64,000 bases of DNA from an uncultured Gammaproteobacteria bacterium (GTDB lineage: Bacteria; Pseudomonadota; Gammaproteobacteria; CAWCPV01). Below are positions 1 to 11,799 of the stretch, piece after piece. The stretch covers positions 64,001 through 128,000 of the forward strand of contig CAWCPV010000014.1 in assembly GCA_963797555.1 (NCBI GenBank), in the 5' to 3' direction. The position numbers were made by a program, and so were the translations under genes. Each line of letters opens with the position of its first letter. The first letter of the stretch is position 1. The notes under the pieces are model-generated. The model saw nothing but the letters and a program-made list of their open reading frames with translations, was not told the DNA's origin and searched no databases.

Positions 1-79
1 GCGGCCACAACGGCGCCGACTCGAAATCGGATGGGGGTCGAGAGGCCCCACGTGGGTTCGAATCCCACCCTCTCCGCCA
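1..79 (+). tRNA. tRNA-Ser(CGA), 5' end cut by the window edge
   Basis: Anticodon arm CCGAC-TCGAAAT-CGG, long variable arm, T-arm GTGGGTTCGAATCCCAC, 3' end CTCTCCGCCA. Confidence 0.93.
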
Positions 80-335
80 AATTTAGGTATCAAGAAATCT
101 CATATCCTCTCAAAACCCGCACTGCACAAGGCGGTGCCGGCTCTGCTTCATCTCGTACCGTCACATACATCGCTTGACATACCGTCAGTTGTGGCGGTAT
201 CCGGACGTAGCTTGGGAGCACGTACCGACAAACTACGTGTCTGCCATACTTCCCCAACATCTCCCGCCCATCTGCCTGAAGCTTTGAGGTGACGGAACCG
301 AACCCGCATCCTTCATCGAGCATCGAGAGGACACC

Positions 336-840
336 CTGCCGCTCACTGTTTCCGCGGCCCGCAACGCCAAGCCCAAACACACGCCGTACAAGCTCGCAGA
401 CGAGAGGGGACTGTACCTGCTGGTGAAGCCGGCTGGCAAGTACTGGCGCTTCGACTATCGTTTTGCAGGAACGCGCAAGACGTTGGCGATTGGCGTCCTA
501 CCCCGACGTATCCTTGGAAGATGCGCGGGAGAAGCGAGACGGGGCGCGCAAGCTGCTCGCCGATGGTACCGAACCTGGCCACCATCACAAAGCGCAGAAG
601 GCCGCCAAGATGACGGGCCAAGCCAATAGCTTCGAGGTGGTAGCGCGCGAATGGCATGCGAAATTCTCGACTGGCTGGTCCCCCAGCATGCCGCGTGGGT
701 CATCCAGCGGCTGGAGCGTGACGTATTCCCGTGGTTAGGTTCTCGCCCCGTTGCCGAAATTACGGGCCTGAGCTGCTCGTAATGCTGCGGCGCATTGAGC
801 ATCGCGGTGCTATCGGGACGACCCACCGGGCGTTGCAGTC
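336..840 (+). pseudogene. P4-type (Arm-DNA-binding) tyrosine integrase, N-terminal remnant, frameshifted and truncated
   Basis: Reads (CTG)PLTVSAARNAKPKHTPYKLADERGLYLLVKPAGKYWRFDYRFAGTRKTLAIGV / YPDVSLEDAREKRDGARKLLADG..NSFEVVAREWHAK across frames; directly after the tRNA; no catalytic domain. Confidence 0.88.
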
Positions 841-1040
841 TCGCCCAAGAGCAGGGTGCCCACCATCAGGCTGGACGGATACGCATACACACTCCTCGTG
901 TCGTCATGGAAGGCCCTCCTTGGCGATGCTCCCCCTGGCCGCATTTCGTCCAGAAGGCATCTCGGGGCCGGCGGATTGCCTAGGCAGCGGCAGGCCCGGA
1001 TGAATGCGGGCCTGCCACTCGCCGAGTTTGGCCTTAACTT

Positions 1041-1068
1041 AAGAAAGCCCCGCTCCGTGAGCGGGGCT
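1041..1068 (-). terminator. Rho-independent terminator of the PsiF-like gene
   Basis: Minus strand AGCCCCGCTC-ACG-GAGCGGGGCT followed by TTCTT. Confidence 0.75.
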
Positions 1069-1091
1069 GCAGGCAAGACTGCTGACTCCGC

Positions 1092-1370
1092 TTACTTAGC
1101 CGGTGCGGCGGGAGCCTCGCCCGCCGGAGCCGCGGGCGCTTCGGGGGCTGCCGGAGCGGCCTTATGCTGCGTGGTGTGGTGCTTCGAGGTGTGCTTCTCG
1201 ATGCAGGTCTTCATGTAAGCCTCGTGCTTCTCCTCGGGGACCTTGTGCTTCTTGGCCAGAGCCTCGCAAGTCTGTTCGGGCGTCTTGTGCTTGGTCGTGG
1301 CCATCGCCGGCAGCGAGGAGGCGGCGAAGCATACGCTCAGCGCGGTAACGGCTAGGACGGTCTTTTTCAT
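1092..1370 (-). CDS. Small exported PsiF-like protein with His/Pro/Ala-rich tail
   Basis: Signal peptide MKKTVLAVTALSVCFAASSLPAMA; motif C-EALAKKHKV..AYMKTC resembles the PsiF repeat; terminator downstream. Confidence 0.7.
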   Translation of the reverse strand: MKKTVLAVTALSVCFAASSLPAMATTKHKTPEQTCEALAKKHKVPEEKHEAYMKTCIEKHTSKHHTTQHKAAPAAPEAPAAPAGEAPAAPAK

Positions 1371-2129
1371 CAGAGCATCTCCTAGGTGCAGTTGGAACCA
1401 GCCGAAGCGACTTCCCAGGGCCGGGAAAGGTCGCGGCAATTGACTCGATCCGCAGCGTCAGGCTGATCCGAAATGCCTTTGCCTTGGTCTCTCAGCACCT
1501 TCCGGTTCATTCAGTCGGTGCTAGGGGACCAATTTACTTGCTCGAAGCGGGAAACCGAATCACAGGGTTGTACGAAGTTGTAAGAAGATGTCACGGCGCC
1601 GGGGGCTGATCGCTGTGCGGGCGACCGGGCTCGGTCCCGGGACGCTGCGATTTGGGCACCTAGTGTCTTCCGTTACGCCGAATGGCTACGCGTCCGGTTG
1701 AAATTGTCTGCTGCAGCCTGTCAGCAGGCAAATTCTGCTGTACTCTCTCCCGGCAGGCTCACGTGAATAACAGCACTCGGTCCAGCCCGTGCTACCCATA
1801 ACCCACGGCTCCATCCTGCCCCTCTACCGGTCACGTGCCGCACTCCCGAAGCCGCTGCATGGCTTCGCCCAGGCGAGCGTGCACCTGCCCCGCCCACCGT
1901 GGGCGCCGGGTAGGGGCCTGCCACGCCGCTTGGTACGCCTCCAGCAGTTCGCGGCGCACCTCTACGCTGATGCGGGCGATCACTACCTGGGCACGCGCTT
2001 GCTGTTCGGCAACAGCCTGCGCTATGTGACGGTTCCAGGGCCATTGGCTGGCGAGCGCCAGAGTCCGCGTCTGGCCTCGTCGCTGGTCCCTCGGGGAAAG
2101 CTGCTCCTGGGGTGCCTTTGGCAGCGATG

Positions 2130-2330
2130 CCCGTGGACCCTTGGGTGAATCGGCTCGGCGGCCACCTGTCTGGCCGGCCCGTGGCCCTCCCCCGCCGGTG
2201 GAGACCCTCGACCAGATGCCCGCCTTCGACCCCACGGAATGTCAGTCGGTGCCCGGCTTCGAGTTCGACCAGACCGTGGCCTGGTAGCTCCGCCTCCGCA
2301 AGGGGCACGGCAGCGTTCGCGCGGCCCGAC
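2130..2330 (+). mobile_element. IS91/ISCR-family transposase 3'-end remnant
   Basis: Ends ...PGFEFDQTVAW* (2258-2287), a typical IS91-family C-terminus; downstream DNA matches 31170-31200. Confidence 0.6.
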
Positions 2331-2817
2331 GGTGAGCCAGCGGAAGCGGGATCGTGCCGTTGTTGTCCCCACGCTTTTCCCATGTGGCAGGCTCAAGGGA
2401 ACCCCGCCGTGCGGCCGGATCCCTGAGACGGACCGCGGGATTGGGGCCGGCCCGTCTATAATCGAGACAGCGGCCTGTCGATGGAATCAAGCTGTGTGGA
2501 GAGATCGTCTCCATTCAGAAGGAGATATACACGGTAAAATCCCCCAGTCTCGGTATCATCGACATCGACAGCTCCAAGATCCGGCTGATTCGCTTGAAGC
2601 CGACTAGCACGCAAACAGAGGCACAGGGCCGACGGCTATACTGCTATTCGTTGTGCTCAACTGGCAGCGACTCAGGGGCTTTGAGTTCTGGGCCAAAGCA
2701 AGTGCGGGAGTGAAGTTCCGTGGCGGGATCGAGCAGCCGTCGTGGAAAGCGAAAGCCGTGCCTCGGAAACGGGAACGAAAATACAGGAGAGTCGCCCGTA
2801 GGGATTCGCACAAGAAC

Positions 2818-3546
2818 GTGACCAGGACCATCTGTTCAGCACTATTCCTGTTGGCCGCGATGGTCGCACACGGCGGCCCATCCGCTAGACTTGATCCTGA
2901 GGAATGGCTCAGGGAGGCTGAGGCTGCTTACGACAGAGTCACAAGTTACACCGCCGTCTTTCATAAACAGCAGCGCGTTGCCGGAAAGCTCCTTCCCGAA
3001 GAAACCATACTGCTCAAGTGCAGAAAGAAACCATTCAGTCTGTATATGAAGTGGATAAGAGCGCCTTACAAGGGAAGCGAGTTGCTGTATGTGGCAGGCT
3101 GGAATGAAGGCCGGATCAGGGCTCACAGGGGCGGGATACTGCGCTTCATCGTACGCAATCTCGACCCAAGGGACCCGCGGCTCATGGCGAGAGAACTTCG
3201 TCCGGTCACCAGTACGGGGATTGGATACCTCCTGGAAACCGTGGCGACAAACATCCGCAAGGCGATCAAGGTCGGCGAACTCACCTTCTCGGAGCATGGA
3301 GCAGAAACGCTGTACGGCAGGAACACGCAGGTCCTGGAAGTGGTTTTCCCAAAGGAGCAGGCAAAGGACTACGATGGTTACCGGTATGTCATCAACCAGG
3401 ATGTCGAGAGCAAGATCCTGGTGAGGATCAGAGTCTATGACCGGCATGACCAGCTCGTCGAGAACTACGGCTACGAGGACCTTGACCTTAACGCGGCACT
3501 CGCGGACGCCGCGTTCGATCCGAAGAATCCTGAGTATCACTTCTGA
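2818..3546 (+). CDS. DUF1571-like exported protein (LolA-type fold)
   Basis: Signal-like N-terminus; YTAVFHKQQRV..KPFSLYMKW..GSELLYVAGWNEG..FDPKNPEYHF; start codon uncertain. Confidence 0.7.
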   Translation: MTRTICSALFLLAAMVAHGGPSARLDPEEWLREAEAAYDRVTSYTAVFHKQQRVAGKLLPEETILLKCRKKPFSLYMKWIRAPYKGSELLYVAGWNEGRIRAHRGGILRFIVRNLDPRDPRLMARELRPVTSTGIGYLLETVATNIRKAIKVGELTFSEHGAETLYGRNTQVLEVVFPKEQAKDYDGYRYVINQDVESKILVRIRVYDRHDQLVENYGYEDLDLNAALADAAFDPKNPEYHF

Positions 3547-3976
3547 GAGCGCAGGGGAACCTTTCTTTTCACCGACAGGGGTCTGAGCCTGATAGCTGCG
3601 CCCAACCAGCCGTTGCACCGGAGGTGCGGAGCAGCGGCGTCGTTGCTCGCCGCGCCTCGGTGACATCAACTCAATAAAGAAGAATACCGATGAAGTACAT
3701 GATCAGTCTGACATCCGAGAAGATCACATCGGACGGGCCGCCATGCGTTCGCGAGCCAGCCTGTGTGCCGGCATGCGTATGGTGCTTCTTTAGCGCGCCG
3801 TGCCGGGTGCCGTGAAGCATTGAAGGCAGAGATGAGTTCGGGTCCGAGAACGTGATGACCACACACTTCGCGTCTGCCGAGCGATGCCCTACGGGAAGCG
3901 CTGCCTCCGGAGCCCGACAGGGAGGCGTCGGCTGGGCCCACGCCCTTCCACCCACCCTGCACCGTCACTCTGGGGT

Positions 3977-4573
3977 CTAGGGAGCGGGCGTCACCGAGAT
4001 AGCCACTGCCTCCGTGTAGCTGGCGCTGACGGCGTCGCCGACCTTGATGTTCTCGAGGTCGACGGCGGGCCCCACTTTCAGGACCACCGTCCGCTTGGCG
4101 CCCTTGATGGTCACCTTCCTCGTTTTCAGGTCGATGGCCTGGATGGTCCCGACCAAATCCACCGTCCTCGACACGATTCCACCGGGCTTCTCGCCAAGCG
4201 GGGTGCGGGACATGGTCGTGGTTTCCTTCCTCTCGCGGATTCCGCTGCTCCCCTTATCGAGCTTGAGCGCCAGCCCCTCGTAGTATTCCACGGTCACGTG
4301 ATCGCCCACCTTGAGCTGGGGAAGGTTCCGCGCCTCGGGCCCGACCACCACGTCGACCACCTCCCCCTCAGGATTCTTGAGGGTGACCACCCGATTTTTC
4401 AGATCCACGGCCTGTACCGTCGCGGTCAACGTCGAGACGACCGAAGCCCCTACCCCCGGGCCCGACCCTGTCGTCGCGGGACCCTGTTCTGGGGATGGTT
4501 CCTGCGCCAGAATCACGCCCGCCGACGAGACCAACAGCGTCGCTGCCAGTGCAGCCTTGATGGAAGGATTCAT
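3977..4573 (-). CDS. Exported protein with two repeated OB-like beta domains
   Basis: Signal peptide; internal repeats TVQAVDLKNRVVTLK..LKVGDHVTVEY and TIQAIDLKTRKVTIK..IKVGDAVSASY; SD AGGAG. Confidence 0.8.
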   Translation of the reverse strand: MNPSIKAALAATLLVSSAGVILAQEPSPEQGPATTGSGPGVGASVVSTLTATVQAVDLKNRVVTLKNPEGEVVDVVVGPEARNLPQLKVGDHVTVEYYEGLALKLDKGSSGIRERKETTTMSRTPLGEKPGGIVSRTVDLVGTIQAIDLKTRKVTIKGAKRTVVLKVGPAVDLENIKVGDAVSASYTEAVAISVTPAP

Positions 4574-5081
4574 AACCAAGCTCCTCCTTCGAGCAAGCAA
4601 ATAAGGTTACCGGGATTCGAGCACCCTGGGACTCGCGGCCTGTCGCAGGGCGGCCGTCCCCAGTCCCGCAACCCTTCGCGTTTCGTGTCCTGGAGATCGA
4701 CTCTCGGGCCGACCGGTAGTGTACCCACGAAGCGTTACGGATAAAAGCTGTATTTTGGCATGACCAGTGCCGCCGCCCGCCAGCGATGGGCGCAGATAAG
4801 TTTCCCACCGTGGCCGACCTCGGGACGCGTCTTGCGGACGGGGTGTGCGGCGCCCGGAAAGGCACCACCACGAGGGAACAATGGATGTGGAGACTTTCTT
4901 GTCGGGGCGATCCGTGCTCGGGGTCCTGCTTGACGGCTGAACAAGTACCTCCCTCGACGTGTTACGGCTGCCTGATGGCCAAGCCCGTCAATGAGGGAAC
5001 GTTCAACTGCCAGCGGGAGGGCCGGTCCGAGTGGAAGAAGGTGTCCCGGCAGCCCCTTGGGAACCGCAGCGCGGGGAGTGT

Positions 5082-5152
5082 TGGTTGTACTGCACCCGTA
5101 CGTCCGCTCTCCGCCATGTCGCTGCCGATATCGCGCCGGACGCGAATGGCGG
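5082..5152 (-). repeat. Dispersed ~110-bp repeat, copy A (partial, inverted)
   Basis: Reverse complement GCCATTCGCGTCCGGCGCGATATCGGCAGCGACATGGCGGAGAGCGGACGTACGGGTGCAGTACA aligns with copies at 5667 and 30898. Confidence 0.8.
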
Positions 5153-5666
5153 GTCATGTTAAGCGGTTATCAGATGCCTACCGCCGAGTGAAGGCGGTCG
5201 ACAGAGAAGCCGCACGGGAAGATCGTGGTTTGACCTGCCGGTTACCGTGGTCGGCGGCAGGCGTCTGATGAGCCGCGAGGGAGGCAACCGCGGGGGCTGT
5301 GGCACGAGGCCGGAAGCGCGAAGGCGCTATGGGGATTTGAATCGAGCCTATGGGTCGCAGAGGGGGGTGGGACCGTGCGGGTGAGGGCTGCAGGGTGCTG
5401 CGCGCAGGGAGAACAGAGAACACAAACTTCAGCCTACCCGTCGGCAAGGAACCGGCTTACTCTCCGGTGCGTGGCCTGGTTCCGCGTACTATTCAGCATG
5501 GTGGAATCCGGTCAGCGAGGCGATAGCGCATCCCGCAATAAGATAGCAAGGTCCGACCAAGGTCTTGGCACTCAGCGGCTCGTACGGTGCGAAGTCCGAG
5601 CACAAACCGGTTTGGGCCGGCTGTTGCCCGTCGGGCTGATCCTAAGGGACAGTGGCGGCCGAAAGG

Positions 5667-5773
5667 CCGGAGTCGACCCAAAGCGGCCATTCGGTTCCGG
5701 CACGATATCGGCAAGGACCTCGCGGAAAGCGGACGTACGGATGCAGTGCACCCAGCGGCGCAGAAGTGCGTTC
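5667..5773 (+). repeat. Dispersed ~110-bp repeat, copy B
   Basis: CCGGAGTCGACCCAAAGCGGCCATTCGGTTCCGGCACGATATCGGCAAG..AGCGGACGTACGGATGCAGTGCACCCAGCGG; colinear with 30898-31007. Confidence 0.85.
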
Positions 5774-5779
5774 GACGAG

Positions 5780-7099
<1,320 letters not shown>

Positions 7100-7132
7100 T
7101 CAAGTTGTTCTCGTCCCCCGTCCATCCGGACG

Positions 7133-8167
7133 TCAGGGCTTCACCATGACCTTGATCGCTTCGCGTTGGTTCATCGCGCGGTATCCGTCCGGCACCTCAT
7201 CGAGGCCGACGACACGGTCGAGAACGCGGCCGGGCTCGATGCGGCCTTCGAGGACGTCGGGCAGGAGTTCCTCGATGTAGGCGCGCACCGGGGCGGGGCC
7301 GCCGCTCACGGTGACGTTGTTGAAGAACGCCGGCTGCGAGGCGGGCATCGTGTCGTCCTCGGGCAGGCCAACGCGGCCGACCGCGCCGCCTGGACGGGTG
7401 ATCTCGATCGCGGTCTGCATCGCCTGGGCAAGGCCGACACACTCGAGCACGGAATCGACGCCATAGCCGCCGGTGAGCTTGCGCACGCGCTCGACCGCCT
7501 CGGCGCCGCGTTCGCTCACGATGTCGGTCGCGCCGAACTCCCTCGCCAGCGCGATTCGGTCGGGATGGCGGCCGAGGATAATGATCTGCTCCGCGCCGAG
7601 GCGTTTCGCGGCGATCACGCCGCACAAGCCGACCGCGCCGTCTCCGACGACGGCGACGGGCTTCCCGGGGCCAACTTTGGCAGCGACGGCGGCGTGATGG
7701 CCCGTCCCCATCACGTCCGACAGCGTGAGAAGCGACGGTATCAGCGCGTCGTCCTCGCGGACCGACAGGGCGAAAAGCGTTCCGTCCGCCAGCGGGACCC
7801 GTACCGCTTCGGCCTGCGCGCCAGCGACCTCACCGATGCCGAAGAACCCGCCGTGGATGCACGAGGTGTGCAGCCCTTGGTGGCAGAAAACACAGGTACC
7901 GTCTGAGTAGGCGAACGGCATGACGACGAGATTGCCGACCTTCAACGTGCGGACGTCGGCGCCGACGGCTTCGATGACACCGATCGCTTCGTGCCCCATC
8001 CTGCGGCCGGTCCCGCTCGGCTCCAGCGTCCGGTACGGCCAGAGGTCGCTGCCGCAGATGCAGGCGCGGGTGATGCGGACGAGCGCATCGGTCGGATTGA
8101 CCAAGGTGGCGTCAGGGACGTTCTCGATCCGGACGTCGCCGGCGCTGTACATGACAGTTGCACGCAT
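7133..8167 (-). CDS. Zinc-dependent alcohol dehydrogenase family protein
   Basis: CICGSD, GHE, Cys cluster DGTCVFC..C, GDGAVG nucleotide-binding motif. Confidence 0.93.
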   Translation of the reverse strand: MRATVMYSAGDVRIENVPDATLVNPTDALVRITRACICGSDLWPYRTLEPSGTGRRMGHEAIGVIEAVGADVRTLKVGNLVVMPFAYSDGTCVFCHQGLHTSCIHGGFFGIGEVAGAQAEAVRVPLADGTLFALSVREDDALIPSLLTLSDVMGTGHHAAVAAKVGPGKPVAVVGDGAVGLCGVIAAKRLGAEQIIILGRHPDRIALAREFGATDIVSERGAEAVERVRKLTGGYGVDSVLECVGLAQAMQTAIEITRPGGAVGRVGLPEDDTMPASQPAFFNNVTVSGGPAPVRAYIEELLPDVLEGRIEPGRVLDRVVGLDEVPDGYRAMNQREAIKVMVKP

Positions 8168-8198
8168 AGTGGCTTCCCTCCGGTTCCCGGTTGGCTCT

Positions 8199-8609
8199 CT
8201 ATTCGGCGCTCAATGCGCCCTCGTATTGCTCCTCGCTGACCTTCTCCACCCACTCGACGACCTTGCCGTCGAGCGCTTCCTGAATGGCGATGTGGGTCAT
8301 GGCCTTGGTCGCCATGGCACCGTGCCAGTGCTTCTCGCCCGGTGGGCACCGGACCACGTCACCTGGCCGAATCTTCCTGGCCGGCTCTCCCCAGCACTGG
8401 ACCAGGCCGCAGCCGGAGGTCACGATGAGGGTTTGGCCCAGCGGGTGGGTGTGCCATGCGGTCCGGGCGCCGGGCTCGAACGTGACGCTGGCGCCGCGCA
8501 CGCGTGCCGGCTCGGGTGCCTCGAACAGGGGGTCAATACGTACATGGCCGGCGAAATACTCGGCCGGCCCGTTGCTGGAGGGTTGTGAGCCGCTTCGTTG
8601 GATGTCCAT
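8199..8609 (-). CDS. Cupin-domain protein (hydroxynitrile-lyase-like)
   Basis: [28 protein letters not shown]. Confidence 0.9.
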   Translation of the reverse strand: MDIQRSGSQPSSNGPAEYFAGHVRIDPLFEAPEPARVRGASVTFEPGARTAWHTHPLGQTLIVTSGCGLVQCWGEPARKIRPGDVVRCPPGEKHWHGAMATKAMTHIAIQEALDGKVVEWVEKVSEEQYEGALSAE

Positions 8610-8717
8610 TGCTAAACTCCTTGTCTCAGCCAAGCAGTCGCTTATCTGTCAACTGCTGCTGAGGACAATGGTAGCTCCAGCGGGAGCAAATGATTAGACG
8701 GTACAATTCGCATGGAC

Positions 8718-8736
8718 TTATGAGGTGCCTTCATAA
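8718..8736. promoter_or_regulatory. LysR-type binding palindrome abutting the regulator's start codon
   Basis: TTATGA-ggtgcct-TCATAA inverted repeat in the divergent intergenic region. Confidence 0.65.
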
Positions 8737-9631
8737 ATGCCGCGCGAAGACTTCAACGATCTCCTTGCCTTCCTCGTGGTTGCGCGGGACCGCAGCTTTA
8801 CCAAAGCGGCGGCGAAGCTCGGGGTATCCCAATCGGCGTTGAGCCACACCATCCGTGGGCTTGAAGCGAGACTGGGCTTTCGGCTGCTGAACCGCACCAC
8901 GCGCAGCGTCTCCCCGACTCAAGCGGGTGAACGCCTGCTCCGGACCGTGGGCCCCCGCTTCGAGGAGATCGAGGCCGAGGTGGCGGCTCTGAGCGAGCTT
9001 CGGGACAAACCCGCTGGCAGCATTCGGATCACGGCCACCGACTATGCGGTCGACACGATCCTCTGGCCGAAACTCGCGAAATTCCTACGGGAGTATCCAG
9101 ACATCCAGGTCGAGATCATCATCGACTACGGCCTGACCGACATCGTTGCCCAAGGTTATGACGTTGGTGTGCGAGCCGGCGAGCAGGTGGCGAAGGACAT
9201 GATGGCAGTCCGTATCGGGCCGGACATGCGTATGGCGGTCGTCGCCGCCCCATCGTATTTCGCGAAGCGATCCCCACCGAAGAAGCCACGGGACCTAACC
9301 GACCACAATTGCATCAACTTGCGACTGCCGACCCATGGCGAGTTGTACGCCTGGGAGTTCGAACGAGGCGACCGCGAACTGAAGGTGCACGTCGAAGGCC
9401 AGCTCGTCTTCAACGGCACCTTCCAGATGCTCAACGCGGCCCTGGACGGATTCGGCTTGGCCTATGTGCCGGAGGACGTGGCGCCGCCCCATCTCGCCAA
9501 GGGGCGTCTCAAGCGGGTGCTTGAGGATTGGTGCCCGCCTTTTTTTCGGACATCATCTCTATTACCCAAGCCGGCGACAGTCCTCACGAGCATTCGCCCT
9601 GCTGGTCGATGCGCTGCGCTACCGGGGTTAA
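8737..9631 (+). CDS. LysR-family regulator (PgrR/YcjZ-like), +1 indel in T-run near 9540
   Basis: SFTKAAAKLGVSQSALSHTIR HTH; correct C-terminus HLYYPSRRQSSRAFALLVDALRYRG* lies in another frame ending at 9631. Confidence 0.9.
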
Positions 9632-10292
9632 CACAGCGGCGCCATTCTGGATTTGAGGGCACTCAGGTTCGGTTGAGGACCTGCGCCGAACTGCCGCCAA
9701 AAGCGATGCTTGCCAACGTCTCGATCCAGACCGGTGCAATCTGCCCTCCGGTGTAAAGCGTTCACTGCGGCTGCACGGTGATTTCCGGTGCCAGGCCAAT
9801 GTCCGCTGATGGCCGAGAACGGACGTTCATGTAGCTGGCCCCCGCAGCTCGGCGCCGCAACGACTGCTCCCCCTCGATGTGCTCTCATTCCTTCGCCGCA
9901 CGACCCACGCTACCAGTCTCATTAAGGGACGCGCAATGGCTGAGAAAGGCAAAACACGGGAATTTTACCAAAAAGAACACTGCATTTTTTGCGTTCCCTC
10001 AGGCGCCGCCGGCGCTACCACTTGTCCCAGTGGCCGAGATGCTTATGGATAGCCCACCTTTTGTGTGCGGTGCAGCAACAATATGGCTCAAGGGTAAAGG
10101 GTAAAGGGAGAAGATTCCGGTGAGTACTTTGTTGTGGTGGCCGGAGTGAGGCCATGGGTATGGAAAACCTCGACGGCAACGGAAACCTGCGGCATGGGGC
10201 TGATCGCGCCTCGGCCTTGGTTATTGCCAGCCCCTGAAAAGGAACCTGAAACAGATATCCGAGTACGTCAAGGTTACGCTACCGGAGAAAAA

Positions 10293-10751
10293 ATGAGCGG
10301 CCAGTCGAGCTTGGAGGTGCAAAAAGCAATCTATGGACAGCTCGTTGCGGATGGCGAGCTGGCAAGTTTGAAATGTGCCGTTTACGATTGGGTGCCAACG
10401 AATGCGACGTTACCGTATTTAAGAGTCGGGGAGGATGATATTGCAGACGAGTCGACATTCGGAGTTGACAGGGCCTCGCAGGATGTTACCTTGCACGGGT
10501 TTTCGACTTATCCGGGCCGAAAGGAAATCAAGTCAATTCTGGCCCGGACGTATGAGCTTCTGCATAAGTCGAAATTGCAATTAGAGGGAACTAGTATGTG
10601 GGCGGGTTGCGTTTTGGTTTTTGAGGCCACCATTGAAGAGGAAGACGGGGTCACGTATCATGGCGTGCAGAGATTTAGGATAGTCACTACGGAGGCATTG
10701 AGAGATGAAGTTCCAATTGCAGAATTGCAAGCTATGGTTCGGAGCGCGTGA
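10293..10751 (+). CDS. Phage tail-completion protein (DUF3168-like)
   Basis: QKAIYGQL..VYDWVP..LPYLRVGE..TYHGVQRFRI; preceded by an HK97-gp10-like end (APRPWLLPA); lower GC. Confidence 0.75.
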   Translation: MSGQSSLEVQKAIYGQLVADGELASLKCAVYDWVPTNATLPYLRVGEDDIADESTFGVDRASQDVTLHGFSTYPGRKEIKSILARTYELLHKSKLQLEGTSMWAGCVLVFEATIEEEDGVTYHGVQRFRIVTTEALRDEVPIAELQAMVRSA

Positions 10752-11690
10752 CTATTCTGGCGATATGAATTCGATGGGCTTGAACTACGCCGCAGAAATG
10801 AAAGACTCGACCGTGTTCGGGGTCGATGCTCGGGCGAGGTTGGGTGGTTTGAAAGTGATTACTGTCTCGCACCACGGGTTCGTCGATTGGGACACGCTCA
10901 ACGAACCTGGAAGCACGGATGAGGATATGTTCGCGAGAGTGGGCGCAATCGAAGTGCCGATGTCAATGGCCGTTTCGTCGGTCCAGGGCCAGCCAGCCTA
11001 CACTTTCCGTGCTTCGATTGGCACGTACACGCCAGCGCGCAGTTGGGAGAGTTAACTCACCCCCGGCAAAGCCGGGGGCTTATTGGGTGAGCGCCTCAAA
11101 GGCGCCATAATACCGGGAGCCGCCCAAGGCGGCTGGACCTATGTCCGCAGCGTCAGTTGATCGTAGCGCTCCTCCTCTTGCTCTTGGTTCCGGATGTAAG
11201 CCCTTCAACTACCTTCGATTCCTTATGGCCCGCCAACTCGTGGAAGATCCGTCCCAGGTGGCGGCGCAGCGCCCCGAAGATCCGCTTTTTCCTGCACTTA
11301 CAGTCCCACTTCGTGTGGCTCAGACTCTGGTACTCTTTCATCGTGGATCCCCTTCTCTTGGCGGAGATTGGAGATTCACGACGACCGTCGTATAGGTCAA
11401 ACCTCGGTGAGTCCCCCGGCAAAGCCGGGGGCTTACCTCAGGGAGTTAATGAATTTCAGTTTGCAGCCTGAGGCCACTAATGGCACTAATGGTCCGCTAG
11501 TCCGGGGAACACTGATGGCGCTCGTTTCTGCTGTGGTTGCGAGCGGGAAGCGTGCTCCGTTCCAGGTCGGAGCCGTAGTTGCGCCTAAGGCGTTGTATGC
11601 CGCTTTGCATGTTTGGAAACTGAATACCGGTACTCTGGATGTGGTGATCGAAAGCGATAACGCGCGGGGATTCAGCTCGCCCGTGACAAA
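10705..11690 (+). pseudogene. Phage structural (tail-tube-like) gene interrupted by mini-IS200 and truncated
   Basis: DYSGDMNSMGL..DSTVFG..RLGGLK before the IS; ELMNFSL..GPLVRG..YAALHV..DVVIESD after it. Confidence 0.6.
11055..11445 (-). mobile_element. Internally deleted IS200-type element (tnpA remnant 11153-11341)
   Basis: MKEYQSLSHTKWDCK..RKKRIFG..LGRIFHELA; identical hairpins CCCCCGGCAAAGCCGGGGG at 11060-11078 and 11413-11431. Confidence 0.88.
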
Positions 11691-11799
11691 GGGTCTTGAG
11701 CCGAAGCCTCGCTGGCGTCGAGGCGCCGTAGCGAAGCGGGGAAACGATCATGCCTGTCGAACGCTGCCTGCGACATACGCCTGCCTGTCGAAGTCCTCG

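Noticed and set aside
1721-2130. Overlapping ORFs between the PsiF-like gene and the IS91 remnant
   Set aside because: No recognisable family or clear start; probably a truncated fragment
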